A stretch of 64,000 nt of DNA from Caecitellus pseudoparvulus (Eukaryota; Protista; Bigyra: Bicosoecida). The notes under the pieces were generated by a model that worked only from the letters and a program-made list of their open reading frames with translations, did no database searches and was not told the origin of the DNA. The translations under genes were made by a program, and so were the position numbers. The DNA is taken from the NCBI GenBank assembly GCA_965644315.1, contig CBFFRQ010000018.1:682001-746000 (forward strand), in the 5' to 3' direction. This document shows positions 1 through 12,443 of the stretch, piece after piece. The first letter of the stretch is position 1; each line of letters starts with the position of its first letter.

Positions 1-3000
1 TACACTTCTCCGCAGGCATCACAGGCCCATGCTCGCACAAAAGCACTTTCCGAGGCACCTGGCATGCGCGCCGGTATCTCCTTGAAAATCGGGTCCCTGC
101 ACAGATCCAAGTCACGGGCTCGCAAACAAGCAGGGTTGGCGCAGATGACGGGAAGCACGACCGTGTGGCAAGGCTCGTGCCAGGCGGCTTCGGGCGTGAA
201 GTCCTCCACGTGCAGCATGCGCAAGAGGTTCTTGCGCATGATGGCCACTTGCCCTGCCAGCTCGGCATCCAGGGCCAGCACTCGGCATACTGCCTTGGCG
301 AACTCAAGAGCGGGGTTCGTCATTTTCAAGTGCCCTCCGGGTGGGTCTGGGAACTGCATGTCCCCCCGTGCATCCAGCATGAGTGCGTTGGTGTATCGTT
401 GCGCAGCAGGCAGAATCTTCTCCTCGAACAGCTTGTGCATGAACACTGTCTCTGCCTCTGCTTCGTTGCTCTCTTCTTCCATCGTGAGTGGAGCTTCCAA
501 AACACGCTCCAAAGCATCTGCGTCGGACACACTCGCCATTCGCAAATCCTCTGTGCTGGCCACAGTGCCAGCTGGGGCACCAACTTGCGTTTGAGAGGCC
601 ATGAAGGCTGTCATGCGCGCAGTTCGGCGCTGAGAAGCTCTCAGGCGCTTGAACTGGTCAACTTTCTCGATGAGGAAGCCAGTCGTTGCTGCGAACGCAC
701 GCTGAGCCTCCGCAGGAAGGAACGTGGCGATGTTCCACGTCACCCACTTATGGGTGCGAAGGCTGCTCAAGGAGACATCCACTGTCGTGTCTGCTCCTTG
801 CCTCGCGGGTCCTTGCACGTCTTCATCCTCGTCGTCACTCTGCTCCTTCTGGTCTGCTGCGTTGCGCGCAGCTTGCCGTGCTTCGTGGCCCTGCAAAGCC
901 TGCAAGTAAGCCTGCTCCAAGGCGACTCCACCGTAGTTGGCAGAGTCCAGGAACACCAAGTTGGTCCACACCCTCTCAGTTGTAGACTGCAGGTGCCGGA
1001 ACAGGGGCTTCTGCAGCATGGTATTCATAATGTAACGGACGTGAGCGATGGCCGCTAAAGGAGTGCTCTTGTTCGTTGACAGGGTAAGCTGGTGGAACGT
1101 CGCATGCACGACTGTGCCGCCCAGGCCCCTGATCTCCGAAATTAATGTGTGGAAGCACCGCCGCATGAGGCTGTGCACTGCTTGCAGCAGCAGCGGGTCG
1201 TACAGCAACGAAGACGGGCTGGACAACCACTTGTACACATTGTCAAGCATTGCGTGTGCTTCATCTGCTCCTGCGCCCCCCCGCAGCACAGTGTTTGCCC
1301 ACCTTCGCAGGAGCGCACGCAGAACACGCAGTGCTGCAGACACATCGCCCCCCTCTCCCGCCCCTGCAGCTGCAATGCCGGCTGCTTGCTCATCCCCCGC
1401 GGCGTCCTGACCGTCCGCAGCAGGCAGGGCTGCCATGCTCCCAGACATGTCATCCAGTGCATCGTAGTTTATGATGGAAGTGATGACAAGATTGAGGCGA
1501 AACTCTACACAGATCCGGCGGTACGTGCCTGGGCGGGAGATGACGGGGCTTGCGCCAGGCGCGCGCTGAATCGACAATGGGTCGGAGTCGCTGCCTAACT
1601 CTCCTGCGCCACGCTGGGCTTTCCCGGCCATCCGTCCAGCTGAGTGGCTTTGGTTTGCTGCCGCAAAGTCTCCGCCGCCCGCAGCAGTCACTGCAGCGGC
1701 AAGTGCAGCCTCGCTGCCGCCCAAATCAGGTTGCAGCGCGTCTGAAGCCCACAGCAAGTGGGCATTATTCGTCAGAGCACGCCCATAGGCAATGTCCAGG
1801 GCATGGCTTCGCACAGTGCCACCCGGGACATTGCCAACGGGCAGGTGGTGGAAGGTTGCTGCAGCCCTGCGCTGCACGAGCTCCCACTGCGCCTCCCCGA
1901 ATCGCTGCAACACTCTTGCAACCATGGGCCCAGCCCACCGCCAGCCAAGCGCATCCCCTGTGAGGAGGTCCACATCTGCTTTGTGTGGTGCAAGCTCTAC
2001 ATGGGGAAGAGCAGCTGCGCTGGGCACCAGTGCAGCCAGGGCAGTGCATGACTGGGGGGTTTGTGTCAGCAACATGGCAGGGCGTGCTCCTCGAGCAACG
2101 TGTTTGGACAGAATCCCACTCACCACCGGCCAAACGTCAGCAAGGGAGGGGTGAAAGGAGACCCGAGATTCGAGTCGAGTTGCAGGGTGAAGCCAGGGGC
2201 ACTCAGGGTCAGTTGCGGTGCTGGAGATTGTGCTGGAAGCGGTGGGCCTCAAGCGAGCACCCTCTGACCCTGCAGCGCCCCCGTAGAACACAAGATGCAA
2301 GGTCCCCCTCAATGCCACATCTCGGCCGAGCACCAAGGAGTTCACTGCCTCCGGCATCTGATCCCAGATACCCGGGTTGGCTGCCAAGTCCCGCATGACA
2401 TCTGCTTCAGACACTTGCACACCTGCAGCTGCCTGACGCAAGACAACCTCACCTGCCAAGGCTCGCAGGGCAACATCGCGGTTGCTGTCACTTGGCTCTA
2501 GCACCGCAACCACACCATAGTACTGGTCCGCGGTGTTGACCCTGCCCTGCCTTCGAGCCTGAGCGTGGTACAAGAAGGGTGTGACTAGGTTCGCAGAAGT
2601 CACTGAGAGATAGGGGAATGTTGACAAGGGAAGCGTCTCCAGTTCGTGAAGTTGAAAGGCGTGTGCATCTCGGGCCGCAGCAAGGGCAGCCCGAGAACCT
2701 TTTGAGGCCTTGGCAGCTTCGCCCTGCTCTGCCAGCGCAGAAACAATGCCTTTCGTCCCCTCCAGGGCCGTGCCTGGTGGTGCAGCGCGCTTGCGAGCGC
2801 GCCCCTTGGTACGATCCCGGTGAGCACCTTTCGTTGACGTTGGGCCAGCACCAACGGCGCGCAGGAAGGCTTGCTGTCGTTTCTTGGACACTCCAACGAC
2901 ACACGACAATTGCAAGAGGGCCCTGGAGAGAGCTGAGACTTGTGATTCATACACACCTTCCACGTGGGGTGATGCCAAGGCTGACTGAACAAAGCCCCCT

Positions 3001-6000
3001 CTTCGCAAGAACTGCTCCTCCCCGCAGGTGTACGCGTACAAGAACCTTGCGCGGTGGCTGTGCGGAAGCGTCCGCTCAACCAGGTTCAATCCGGGGGTGT
3101 GAAGCAAGTCAGAGCGGTGACGTCGGTAGTTGATGTACACTGTGCGATCTGCAGTGACAGCCAGCTGCTGCATGCGGTCGGGTCCGGTCATGGCCCAAAC
3201 CATGAGGCGCCCAGGCTTCGCGGGGTCTTGTCGGACTTGTAGCACTTGCCAGTGAGTGCCACTGAAGCCCCCCACTAAGGCTGAGGAAGAGTCACTTTGG
3301 AACAGCCCGCCTGTGGCCACAGGCTGCTTGGAAGGAGCAATCACAGAACGCACAACCGTGGGGCCGCGAAGAGTGCCTGGAGCAGACTCTGCGAGCAGCC
3401 GGCGCTTTGCCCTTCGCCAGTGCTGCTTGCGATTGCCCAGCCACTCAATGAAGTCATCTGCACGGGCGTGGTATGACACAGTCTGCAGCTCAGCGGCGTC
3501 CTCTGCCGGGGACGCCGTGCCACCGGCCGGGTTCGGCGAAGCTTTGCCAGCGATCGCTGCTGGGGCTGCAGGGCCCTGTCCAAGTGCCAGCGTGCGGGCA
3601 GCGTGGGGGCGTCGGTGCATGTGAACTCGCGGTCTCTTCGCAAGGGCCCTGCTGAATGGGGAAGTCCCAGCTGGGCAAGCATCTTCGATGTCTAGCGCTG
3701 GGGCCCCTGCGCCTCCTCGTGGCAGCCCACCAGGAGGCGGCGCTGTAAAGAACGACGACAGCTTGGTTTGCTGCATGGGGTCGAGTCGCTCCTTGACGAT
3801 GCGCAGGAGCCAGTCGGGGTGCTCCACCCGGGGCACAGGGTTGTCCAGTCCCTGCAGACCGGCTGGAATGGTGACAATCTTCTGTATGGCTGTGGACAGC
3901 CGAGTTGTGTAGTAGTCCCAGTCCACGATGTTCCTGAGGTCAAAATCAGTCATACCTGAGTCCTTGCACCACTTCCGGAGGAAGTGCTTCATCACAGGCT
4001 CGTCTGCGGAGAAGATGGCCGTCGGAATGGCACGCTCCGTGACTGGTGCGCCCTCTGGGCGCCTGGCAATGACCAGCTTGGTGGTCAAGCCCGCGTCTTT
4101 GACCATCTCTGCCCCCAAGAACTCTGCCAGGCGCTTGGCCGTGGAGATGGCGGTACCTTTTGCTGCGCCGTACTCTTCCAGTCGCTTGCTCAAGTTGCGG
4201 TTCTCACTGATGAGCTCGAGCAACTCCTCATCCTCCACATCCGCCCCCTTGGTCAAGAGGATGTCCAGCCAGTAGTTGGCCGTGTCCGCGACGGCTGCGT
4301 AGCAAGACTCCAACGAGTCCCCCATGAGAAAACGTGCAAACACCTGCTCTTGGAAGATCTTGATGATTTTGAGTTCACCCCGGCGCTTCAACTCGAAGCC
4401 TTTCAACTCCGCCAGTGAGCCGTCAAAGTTAAAGACAGCATAGCGCTTCTTCAGCAGCTTTCCCTCCTCCTGAGAAGCAGGCAGCACCATGCACTTGTAT
4501 GGTCCGTCAACTTCAAAGAAGATGGAGCATTCAGACCGAATGGAGTACGCGCGGCTGCCTCCCTCCTGCAGCATCTGGTACTGGTGGTTGGTGTACCTGT
4601 CGTGCACGTCTGCGTTGAGCATGACACACGGGTATGAAATGCCCAGTTTCTTCCCGTCTATGGTCTTGAAAGAGTAGTCCTCCGGGAAGGATGAGGGCAA
4701 GATGCACCAGATGCCATCAGTGTCAAGTTCAAGCGGGCGGCCAATGCGTTCCACCAGCTCTCTGGCCTGCGTGATGAGGGTGGCTCCCGTGTATGTGACG
4801 ACACCAGCCATTTCCATGCTGTGCCAACGCGCTCCGCGCCGCATGACGTAGCCATAGAAGGAGTTCAAGATGCACTTGTGAGCCAGTTGGAGGGAGTCGT
4901 AGTACACCACTCGCGCCTTGGCTGCTTCAATTTCCAAGGCGTCCCCGCCCTTCTCGGCTGCGACAAGCTTCTTCACCCAAGTTTTCGTCAAACCCTTGTA
5001 CTCATACCGTCGGTCCCTGAACGCCCGAACAGTCTCAACGTAGAACGGATTCTCTCGCTGGCAAATGGTGGCTACCTTTGACGTCTCTGTGGTGTCTTTG
5101 ACGCGCTTGTACACACGCTGGCTGTACTCCTTGACGCGCCGCTTCAACGCCCCTTCCCGCTCCTCTCGTGGGAGCTCAGGATATGGCACTCCATCTACGA
5201 CCTCCACCTCCAACTGTGCTTCGATACGGCGCAGCTCAGATCGGGACAGGGGGTAGTACTCCCCACGCCACACCCACTCCATGTCCCGCTTGCACTTGTG
5301 CTCTGGAGAGTTGAAGTCACAAGAGGCGCAGATAGTCTCGTCAACGATGGCACATGGCTGCAGGCGATTGGAGAGAATGATGTTGGGGTACATGGCAGCA
5401 ACATCCAAGTGGTACACGGAGGGGGTCTCTGACCGGCAAGGCGTGTCCCGCAGCAACTCCAGTCGCTCCACAATCTCGGCCCGAACCTCATCGTAGTTCA
5501 CCACCTGGCTGCGCTCCACTCCATTTTCCACTTCGATGGCAAATGTCAGGGCCTGGTCGATTTTCGAGATGAGCTCGTCAAAGGCAGACGGGTCCAAGCT
5601 GAAGTCGGTTGGGAGGTCAGACCTAAACACTCCACTCTCCAAACACTCCACATGCCCGCCGACGTATGTCTCTGTCTCCAGGAGGTGCCCCTCGTGGAAG
5701 GCAGCCGGCCCGCTGACCTGCTTGTTGGGGCAGACAATGTTTCCCCTGTGTGCCTCCACCATGAGCAGCATTTCACATAATGTGCCAGAGCCCTTGCGCA
5801 GCACATCATCTGGCTGCATGGGAATGATGGTGCACAGGGAGAAGACGAAGTTGTGCACATACTTCATGTACAGGTAGTACGTAGCCACGGCGTCTGAGAC
5901 GGAGTAAGAGGCCATGTGCAGTGGCTGCTCAGCAGCCAGGCGCAGCATGTCCTCGGGGTCGATCTCCACAGGGTCGTACCCGAGCTTGTACTTGGTTACA

Positions 6001-7335
6001 GCCTTCAGGCCGTGGGAGCCGGAGGGCAGGTACGAGTCACGTTTCACCCAGTACAGGCAGTCCATGTGCACTGCTGCCCGCCCCCGGTACTCTCCAGACC
6101 GAGTCGCCCGCACGCCGATTTCCTCGTACATGTCCATGCCATACGCAGCTGCTCGGGTTTCCACAAACGGCCAGTCGAAGAAGTCTCCGTTGTACGTGAC
6201 AAAGACCTGGGGTTTTGTGCTCTGGATGTGGGAGAAGAATGCCTTCAAACAAGCCTCTTCGTCAGCTTCATTCCACACCGTGAACGGGCCCGTGAAGGCA
6301 GGCTTGGGGGTGTACTCGAAGTCAGGGACGTCCTGGCTGACGATGGCGCGGTTGATGATGAGGAAACCCCTGCCGTCCAGCATGTAGGAGATCATGTAGA
6401 TCTGGTCCATGGCCGCATCCGGAAACTTGAGGGGCGCCTTCGTGCACTCGATGTCGAAGGCAAGAATGCGGGGGCCAGCTTTCTCAACCATGTCTGGGAG
6501 GGCCTCCAGCCCAACGCCAGCTGACCCAGACGCCGTCACCTTGTACCACAGCCCCACACGCACTTCGCGGTCAATGGACGTCCTCACGTAGTAGGGCACG
6601 TCGTATTCTCGCAGGTCTTCCAGGGCCTCGAAGAAGTTGTCAGGTGGCGCGGAATCCTGCGGGGAGCGCGGGGACACGGTGCCGAGCCAGCAGACACAGT
6701 GGGATACTCTTCAAACGCCAGGCGCGCGCACACACCTGTGCAGCTGTGGCCTGTGCCACCGCATCTGCCAGGCGGCGCTTGTTCGCCTGCACAATGGGCT
6801 GCAACTCATTGCGAACTTCCATCAATTCCTGCACGGACCGGAACTCGAGCTTCAGCAACGTGCGCTTGATTCCCGAGAGGTGGTTTGGGAGGTCGAGGTC
6901 TTCCATTTCCGCAGTGCTCACGCCCGCAATGAGGCTCTCGAACTTGCGCTCGAGCAGTGCTGTGACTTCCTTGCACCATCGCGCCGCACAGACCACGTAG
7001 AAGTATGGCTGATACACAAGCTGTGCCTTGAACGTTGCCCCATCCTGCTGCAGGAAGTACAAATCCAGCGCGCTGCGCTCGATGCGGTCCTCGTTGGCTA
7101 CACTGGTTGGCAGCATGTTCGTGAGGTAGCCCACTCGGGGCGGCCCTTCTGTAAAAGTCTCGTAGCCGTACTTGTCATCATGCCCAGTCTCCCAGTCTCG
7201 CTGCGCCTTGCGTTCCCCAGTCAGGAGCTGCGAGATGGCCTTGCGAGGGCGACCCTCCTCCCTGCCTCTGCCTCTCCGCGCAGCGCCATACCGAGGGCGC
7301 TTGGCAGCTGCGCCCTTGCGGCGCCCGTACGCCAT
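1..7335 (-). CDS. POLE: DNA polymerase epsilon catalytic subunit (3' end lies outside the window); exons 7335-6736 and 6656-<1
   Basis: N-terminal LDLYFLQQDG..EDLDLPNHLSG; GT-AG intron 6657-6735; then LREYDVPYY, exonuclease FDIECTK, DVAAMYPNIILSNRLQP, CysX CASCDFN..CKR, ICQRENPFY, ELDTDG, VDWDYY, and a C-terminal CysA finger (CANPAC..CDAC) at about 10-150. The frame appears open from 6656 to the window edge, which explains why it is missing from the ORF track. Confidence 0.96.
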
Positions 7336-7597
7336 GCTTCTAGTCGTGAAGCATGCCTGAGTTTGGCAATTCAGGAGTGTTTGTGGTTTGCCTCTTGTCC
7401 AGCGTTGCCACGAATCGCGCCGCACCTTCCTAGTTCACCCCAGCTGGAGGGGACCCCACAGCTTCTCCTGCCGCAAGACAATGGACGCGACAAAACGAAC
7501 ATGAATGAAACCATCCAGCTCATATGAAGGCAGATGGCTAGCACGTGTGAACCTCAACGATCGCCGCCGGTCACCGTTTCGCCTGCGTTTCGTCCAG

Positions 7598-8682
7598 ATG
7601 GCAGCGTCTGCCTTGATGGCCAGGCGGGTGGCAGCCAGGGCTGCAAGCGCGCAAGTGATGCCTATTTGCGCTGCATGTGCTCCAGTGGATGCCCTCTGGC
7701 GCCCCCAGCGTTCTTTCGCTGCGCAAGCCAAGAAAGCAGGGGGCAGCAAGAAGCGGAAAAAGGCTTGGTCTATCAAGGTCAGTCCGGACAACTCATCCAG
7801 CTGGCGGGCCGCCATTCACGAGAAGCGCCCTCTCACCATGCCCTGCTCCTCCTCCAACAGAAACGCACTGGATATGGGTACTCTGTGGATGCTGCCTTGC
7901 ACCTCGTGCAGAGCATGGCCACTGCCCGCTTCGATGAGGTGAGCAGCACACTAAGGGTGGTGCTGGTGAGGGCCCTGCTGCACCGCAAGACCTCCTCTCC
8001 GGCACAGACAGTCGAACTGGCATTGCAGCTGGGTGTGGACCCTCGCAAGCCTGGCCAAGCCATTCGAGGCGTCGTGCAGCTGCCACACGGCACTGGCAAA
8101 TCCGTGAAAGTGGCAGTGTTCGCCCGTGGAGCAAAGGCTGAGGAGGCTGCAGCAGCCGGAGCCGATATTGTAGGCGCTGAGGACTTGGTGGCTTCTATCC
8201 AAGCAGGGGAGTGGAGCTTTGACAAGGCTGTTGCGACGCCAGACATGATGGCTGTGGTGGGCAAGGTGGCCCGCATCTTGGGACCCCGCGGGTTGATGCC
8301 GAACCCCAAGCTGGGCACAGTTACGCAAGATGTCGCATCAGCAGTCTCAGCAGCAAAGGCCGGACAAGTGGAGTACCGCGTGGAGCGCAACGGCATCGTC
8401 CACGCTGGCGTAGGCAAGGCCAGCTTCCCGCGCTGGCAGCTGAGGGACAACTTGCGAGCCTTCATGCTGGCCCTCGTGGCTGCCAAGCCTGAGACGATGA
8501 AGGGGGTGTACTTGCGGCACGCATCACTGGCGTCCACCCAAGGCCGGGGTGTGAATGTGGACATGGCCAGCCTGGACCCCAGCAAGGGACTCTTCATGCG
8601 GGAGAGCGATGATGTGGTCGCTGAACTTGCAGCTGCCGCTTCCGCTGGGCCGGTGGGCCAGACAGTCTCGGAGGGTCGATGA
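7598..8682 (+). CDS. MRPL1: Mitochondrial ribosomal protein uL1m; introns 7778-7860 and 7939-8007
   Basis: ARFDE|TVELALQLGVDPRKPGQAIRGVVQLPHGTGK, ATPDMM..ILGPRGLMPNPKLGTV, IVHAGVGKASF; Ala/Arg-rich N-terminal presequence. Confidence 0.93.
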
Positions 8683-8731
8683 GGCCCCCTGCCTCCCGCA
8701 ATGCATTGAAGTAGGCGAGCCACCCGCCGCA

Positions 8732-9254
8732 TCAAGCAGACTCGACCAGTGCAGCGTACGCCTCGGCGTCCAGCACCTCCCCGGTGGGCTGGGAAGTCAC
8801 CTTCAGCTTGACGAACCACCCGTCTTCCTCAGGGGATGAGTTGACAAGCTCGGGGTTGCTTTCCAGGTTTGAGTTCACCTCCACAACTTCCCCTGACATG
8901 ACCGCATACACATCGCTGGCAGCCTTCACGGACTCAACCTGGGCGATGGCATCCCCCTCTTCGAACGTTGCGCCCACCTCCGGGAGGCCGACGTAAACGA
9001 CGTCACCAAGCTGCTCTTGAGCATAGTTCGTCACTCCCAACGTTGCCACGTCGCCGTCAATCTGGCAACGGAGGACAGGAGCGGCGTGGTGAATGCTGCA
9101 CAGTGCTTCCCCTGCAGCGGCAGCTCGGCCTAGCTCGCACCTTTGCGTACTCGTGGTTGGGGGTGAAGATGGTGGACATCCAGCGGCTTTGAGGGGCCCA
9201 GCGTGCTGATGTGCGAGACGCTGCCAGGGCAGCTGCTGTTGCGCGGCCGAGCAT
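8732..9254 (-). CDS. GCSH: Glycine cleavage system H protein, mitochondrial; intron 9062-9140
   Basis: FTPNHEYAK|IDGDVATLGVTNYAQEQLGDVVYV, lipoyl-Lys motif VESVKAASD, NPELVNSSP..GWFVKL; transit-peptide-like N terminus. Confidence 0.96.
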
Positions 9255-9705
9255 GGCTGGCAAGGTGCGGAAATGAAGCACTCAGAAGGCCCTCAGCGGC
9301 AGCTTGCTACCCGTCCGGAAGGACCCTGCAGAACGGTAGCATGGTGATAGGTGTAAATATTGTGTGCAAGCGGGTGTGGTTGAGACGGCCTTTGTGGGTA
9401 GTCATGGGCCGGAGGGGGGGGGGGGCGGCTCAGTGCATTCAGCGACGCCTGGCTCGGAAGCACAGAACCTTGTCCAGAAATGTGACTCACGCCAACCTCG
9501 GTCACACCCACGCCGGCAAGAAGGGCCGCAGTAGCCCAGGCATGGGGAACTTCCCGGGTGGCCATATCGAAGCCCGCACCGCCGGCTTGGCCTCATCTAC
9601 ACACCACAGTGAAACTGGCCAGGCAGCGTGAGAGGGCGCACCCTCGCCACCCCATCCTGAACGACCGCTTTTGTCTTCCAGGGCACCTCCCTTAGCACTG
9701 CAGCT

Positions 9706-10405
9706 CTACTCGTCAGTCCGCGCCTTCTTGGCAACGCCAGTGGACCCAAAACCCCCTGAACCTCTCTCAGAGGCCTCCAAGTCATCCACCTCCTGAACCT
9801 CTGCGACGGCGATGCGCTCCAGGATTAGCTGCGCGATGCGATCGCCTGCCTTGACTGAGAAGTCTTTCTCGGAAAAATTGAACAGGATGACCCCAACATT
9901 GCCTCGGTAGTCGGCATCTGCGCAGGGCGGGAGCCGTGTGTAGGACGCGCACCCCATACACAGCTACCTCGGCAACTCGCAGCTCGCATGGAGAACTCAC
10001 CGATCACTCCAGCTCCAACATCGATGCTGTGCTTCCACGCCAAGCCAGATCGAGGGGCTGGCGACGGAGCGCAGGCGCGTGTGTGGATCACATGTAGAGC
10101 GGGCCGGCGGCATCGCGCGAGTCGCTCACCAATGCGCCCGTAGCAGCCATCTGGGATGATGCATGCAAGGTCAGTCTTAAGCAGGGCCTTGCCCCGCGCA
10201 GGAACGACGCCATCGTACGCGCTGTGCAGGAATGGGCAGGCAGCCGAATCAAATACCGCATGCGAAGTCCCGGCCAGCTCCCTCCGTACCTTGCCAAGTC
10301 ATAACCTGCTGCCTGCAGAGATCCGCGTACTGGCAAGATAGCATGTTCGGAAAGCTTCTTCACTTTCAGCACCAGTTGAGCAGGGGTGCTCGCTGTGGCA
10401 GCCAT
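9706..10405 (-). CDS. DUT: dUTP pyrophosphatase; introns 10222-10289, 10058-10129, 9918-10000
   Basis: All five dUTPase motifs appear after splicing: [43 protein letters not shown]. Confidence 0.97.
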
Positions 10406-10570
10406 GGCGAGCGGTCGGTTGGCGTTCAAATGCAGGCCGCGCCTGCAAAGATGCAAAGTGTCACTGGGCCGCACGCACGTGCGTGTTGCATTCATGGACC
10501 AGCGGCGCATGCAAGAAGCAGGAGGCGGGGTTCGAAATGTGCTCCCAGTTCACCTCCGCTGCACTGCAGC

Positions 10571-11907
10571 TCAATCACTGTCTGAATCGCCCAGAACGTC
10601 AAACATGGTCCCACCGCCAGCCTTCGCTTCAGGCTGCTCTTCTTCAGGCTGCTGCACCTTCCTGGCCGGTGCGGCCTTGCCGCGGCGGCCTCCCGAGTGG
10701 GCCTCGGAACTCATCCAGCCATCCTTGGAAGCAGCGGGCTTGGCACCGCGGCCACGACCTTTCCCGTGGCCGCGGCTCTTGCCATGTCGCTTGGACCCAG
10801 ACGCAAAGGAGCCCGTGGCTGCCTCAGCACCGGCGGGGGCCCCGCCTTCCGTGGAGCCTGGCATGTCAGGCACGGGGGCCGACCGTGGCAGCAGGTTCAG
10901 CCGAGGGCGGCCACTGGCATCCGTGGTCAAGGCGCCACCCTTCATGCTCCACTTGTCCTGCAGCGCGGCATCTGGCACTGCCTCGGCGCCAGCGCCACGG
11001 CGACGGGGACCGGGGGGCGGGGGCATGTCAGCCAAGTTGTCCTCGCTGCGCTTGGAGGAGCTGAAGGCACTGCCGTGGGGGGCCCCATCACGCCCGTAGC
11101 CATGGCGGCGGGAGCGGTCGCCATCTCGGCGAGGCCCGCGGCTGTCGCCCTCTCGGCGGGAGCGGTCGCCATCTCGGCGAGGCCCGCGGCTGTCGCCCTC
11201 CCGGCGGGAGCGGTCGCCATCTCGGCGAGGCCCGCGGCTGTCACGCGAGCGCCTGCCGCCGCTGCCCTTGTTCTCAGCAAGCTCCACATTGCACATGCGG
11301 CCATTCACTTCGAAGCGCTCCAGCTTGAGGACAGTGATGGCATTGTCGCGTGTGGCCACCGTGACGAAGGCCCGCCCTGAAAACTTGCCATTCTCCTTCG
11401 TCATCAAGTACACGTCGGTCACCTTGACCTCCAGCTTCTCCTCAAAGTGCTTCTTGACGAGTTCGTCAGTGACCTTGAACGACAGATTGCTCAAGAAGAG
11501 CTGCGTTTGGAGGCAGGAGGCGGCGTGGCAAACCTCCGTTGAGGATTGCTCCTCAGTGAATCGTTGGCGTGCGCACGCACCTTGTAGGGTCCCTTTTTTG
11601 GCACGATTGCCTCAAAGTACTCATCAGCCGCGCTTGGGGTGTTCACATCTGTGTTCAGCGGCGGCGAGTGGGTGTAGCGTTCACGGCGCGCAGTTTCTGT
11701 GCTGCGCCACGCCACTCACCCTGGCTGTCCTTTGGGGTCAGCTCGTCCCTGCGACGGCGAAGGCAGGCCGTGCGAAGCAGGCGGCAGGCGGTGGGGCGCT
11801 GCGTGCCACGGTGAGCGCCAGCTTCTCACGCACGGGTGCTGCAGCTTGGACACGTCCACCTCATCAGCGACATCCCCCCAATCAGCCAAGTCCATTTCCG
11901 CAGCCAT
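10571..11907 (-). CDS. eIF4B/eIF4H-like RRM protein; introns 11748-11833, 11649-11719, 11501-11580
   Basis: PKKGPYK|LFLSNLSF (RNP2), GRAFV (RNP1), an Arg/Asp/Gly-rich repeat region, and the RPRLNLLPRS motif typical of eIF4B/4H. Confidence 0.75.
11106..11242. repeat. 48-nt coding tandem repeat, about 2.9 copies (RRDGDRSRREGDSRGP)
   Basis: Near-identical units start at 11106, 11154 and 11202. Confidence 0.95.
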
Positions 11908-12443
11908 GCTGTCGGTTTACAGAGACTGAGCGTCGGGCGTGGGCAACGAGGCACACACGTAGAGCCAGATGCAAAGCTGAGCAAAAGGGTGCCTGGTCTC
12001 GGCAGCCTGGTTCACCCCGGTAGCGAGTCCGAGGCAACCAGAGCTCAGCGCACGTGAAACGCTGTTCCGCACAGGTGTATTGCTTGGAGCATGCAGGTAA
12101 AAGGAAGGGCAAGAAGCTCAGAAAGGGGCAGGGAGGTTGGGTATGATGTGTTTGTTGGACCCATCTTGCTCCTTGGAACCTGCCAGCCAACGCCTTCGAG
12201 TGGCCCCTCACCAGGGGTGGCAGAGGCAGTGCTGGGCGGAGGCAAGCCAAGGGGCCCACGTTTCCCCGAGCCTGGCTGGCTCTCAAACACCAATGCAAAA
12301 AAAACACCAAGCCCCGCGAAAGTCTGTTGCTTCCATGTAGATGCTCTACTGGAAGGTGCGCCCAGTTTGTCCGTATCTGCGCCCGAGTGTTGTGGAGCAG
12401 GCGACGAGCGTTGAAGGCGCTGGCGTTTCATGTCCTGGGCAAG

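Noticed and set aside
1500-3700. Possible intein or mobile insertion in POLE
   Set aside because: The frame appears continuous, no intein termini or endonuclease motifs were seen, and the region fits the linker and inactive C-terminal polymerase half with low-complexity inserts.
64-6591. Many + strand ORFs in the ORF track
   Set aside because: They are antisense shadows of the continuous minus-strand POLE exon. High GC suppresses stop codons.
11106-11242. CRISPR-like array
   Set aside because: Contiguous 48-nt units with no unique spacers. It is an in-frame coding repeat in a eukaryotic gene.
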